DNA from: Lepidodermella squamata | Lineage: Eukaryota > Animalia > Gastrotricha | DNA: 64,000 bases | Assembly (NCBI GenBank): GCA_047495785.1 | Contig: JBLDXI010000029.1 | Coordinates: 2,356,001 to 2,420,000, forward strand | Reading direction: 5' to 3' | Shown: positions 61,889 to 64,000 of the stretch, piece after piece | How positions within the stretch are numbered: position 1 is the stretch's first letter | Layout: the number at the start of each line of letters is the position of its first letter | Notes under the pieces: generated by a model | Seen by the model: the letters and a program-made list of their open reading frames with translations, nothing else | Told to the model about the DNA's origin: nothing | Databases searched by the model: none | Made by a program: the position numbers and the translations under genes

Positions 61889-64000
61889 TTAAAAACTTTG
61901 AATTACCTCTACAACAATTCCAGCAGCCAACGTCGTCGAGCCAGATCGAAGCAGAAACCTGCCAAGATCTTTACATTCCTTGTACAGATCAACCACAATC
62001 GGTTGCGTAGTTTCTATTTCTACGAGGCCGCTGCTATTACGCTGCAAACACTTGATTTTCGCCTTCTTCACCTCGCCCGTTGTTTTACTGACCTCGGCCA
62101 GTAGGCGCGAAATCGAGGCTGGTTCTTCGGAATTATGAATGTGTAACATCACCGGGAAGCCCTGGGTCAACGGAATTCGAACGTCGAAAACAACGATTCG
62201 AGCGCGGAATCGGTTCGAAGTCGGCGCGGGTAGGTTGGCATCGGCCAGAATCGAGCCGACAGCTATCGTGGCCGGGTCAATGGTTTGAGCTAGCACAATC
62301 TGAGCTTGGTCGCCGCCGAACGCGGCCTGAGCTGGTTGGTTGTCGATAGTTATCGATTTGATAGTTGCTAACTGCGACGAGGGCTGGAGGACCATGCGAT
62401 CGTTGACTTGCAAATGACCGGAACAGACAATACCGGCCAGAGTTGTAGCGGCTGAACCGGTCGCTTGGCGGAAGACGTCAACCACGCAAAAACGAGTCGG
62501 ACTGAGGAAAGAGCCGCGGTCGGGTGGAACCAAAGAGTCTGAAATAACAGCAAATTGAAAAGCCTCATTCTAATAAATTATTATTGGGAATATATTAAGA
62601 TGGACGCTTGGGCCTGAACAAATATCAGTGCATTATTTCGCTCGTTCTTTAAGCAGTCTTTAAGCTCTTTAGCGCGAAAATGCACCGAGATATTATGGAA
62701 AATAATCAGCACCCTGAAATAATTGATGGTTCAAAAACGTAATTTTTCACTAAATACCGTTTGAAGTAATTGTGCATAAGGTTTCATGTTATTAAATACA
62801 ATTTTCAAATCGAAAGGTAAAATCATTACTACTTTCATGGGGGTCATTTAGAATCTGAAATTCCAATGTTGAAAGCATCCGATTTAGAAATCAGGGTGCA
62901 CAAAAAATCGCCTGAAATCGATTGGGCCGATAGGGCGATTTCGACCACTTTTCGCATTCTTAACAACGACAAACGGGTTTCAAAATCGTGATTAGGACCA
63001 TTGAACCCTGAAATGCCGCCATACATTTGTTTCGTCCACAGATAAAAAAAAGTCGGCCGTGAAAGGGTTAATGGTTGCTCTAAAGGCGATTTTTTTACGA
63101 GAAAATCGTTTTCAACTCACCTATTTGGTCGACGAGGCAAGGTCCATTGTACCATTGTTTCAGTTCGGCAACGTCAGTCGGGTATTTCGTCAAATTCAGC
63201 CCAAGCAATCCACTCACCGGAACGTAGAAAATATCACTATCTTTGAAGCCAGTCGTCTTCAAAAACAGCCCCAATTTCGTCGTAATCTCTTTGAAACGAT
63301 CCTCGGCCCAATTCACAGTGTCCATCTTGTTAACCGCAATAACAACCTGGGTTACACCCAACGCACGCAGTAACAACGCGTGTTCTCGAGTTTGCCCACC
63401 TGATTCGAACCCAGATTCAAATTCACCCTTTGTCGCATTCACGACCAAAATCGCAACATCGGCCTGGCTAGCGCCGGTTATCATATTGGGCACAAAATCG
63501 CGATGCCCCGGCGCGTCCATTAAATTGATGATCCGATTTTTCGTCTCAAATCTCATGTGACCAACATCGATGGTCACGCCTCGATTCCTCTCCTCGTCAG
63601 TTTCATCGAAAACCCAGGCAAATGCGAATGAACCTTTCCCGATTTTCTCAGAATCAGTCTTATTGCGATGCATTGTCTTTTTGTCGACAAAATCGAGTTG
63701 GTAAAGCAAATGGCCCATTAGGGTCGATTTTCCAGCGTCAACGTGGCCTACAACAACCAGATTCAACAGGTGTTTACCGTTATTCCGCGTATTCAAAATT
63801 TGCTCCAATTCGGCTACGTTTTTCACAGTCTTCGTCTTCTCGATACTGCCTCGATTGACAACTCCCTTTTGCTGGCGAATAGTCGGTGAAGCTCGCGGGT
63901 CTCCGTACGCACTCGAACACCGCTCGGACCGCTCGCGTGTCGGTGTCCCCGGGCACGGAGAGGGAGCGGGTGAAGAGGCGACTGATGAAATCGCGTTACT
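61889..64000 (-). CDS. HBS1L: HBS1-like translational GTPase (5' part outside window; exons ..-63121, 62538-61889)
   Basis: [100 protein letters not shown]; long N-terminal extension argues against eEF1A. Confidence 0.93.

Noticed and set aside
61889-63826. eEF1A or eRF3 as identity of the GTPase
   Set aside because: [21 protein letters not shown] and [15 protein letters not shown] plus the N-terminal extension fit HBS1L better

Overview
Eukaryotic (invertebrate animal-like) genomic DNA with short AT-rich GT-AG introns; there are no prokaryotic features. The left ~26 kb is a birth-and-death tandem array of eight BTBD9-like genes (BTB + BACK + one highly variable discoidin/F5-8C-like domain). 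It includes one frameshifted pseudogene, one copy with a damaged splice acceptor, small remnants, and one copy flipped by what looks like a staggered-break inversion. The array also contains an intronless divergent GRHPR-like dehydrogenase and a three-level nest of non-autonomous DNA transposons (P-like > MULE-like > hAT-like), with a 17+17-nt P-type excision footprint. The right part is almost entirely minus-strand genes: HBS1L (partial), SLC17A9-like transporter (LINE relics in introns), two type II membrane GH31 glucosidase paralogues that both lack the catalytic residues (one hosts an antisense sulfotransferase in an intron), and a tightly packed SDR-DHX8-SPG11 cluster with operon/trans-splicing hallmarks. 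Gene identities come from recalled family motifs, not database searches; exon boundaries were read by eye.
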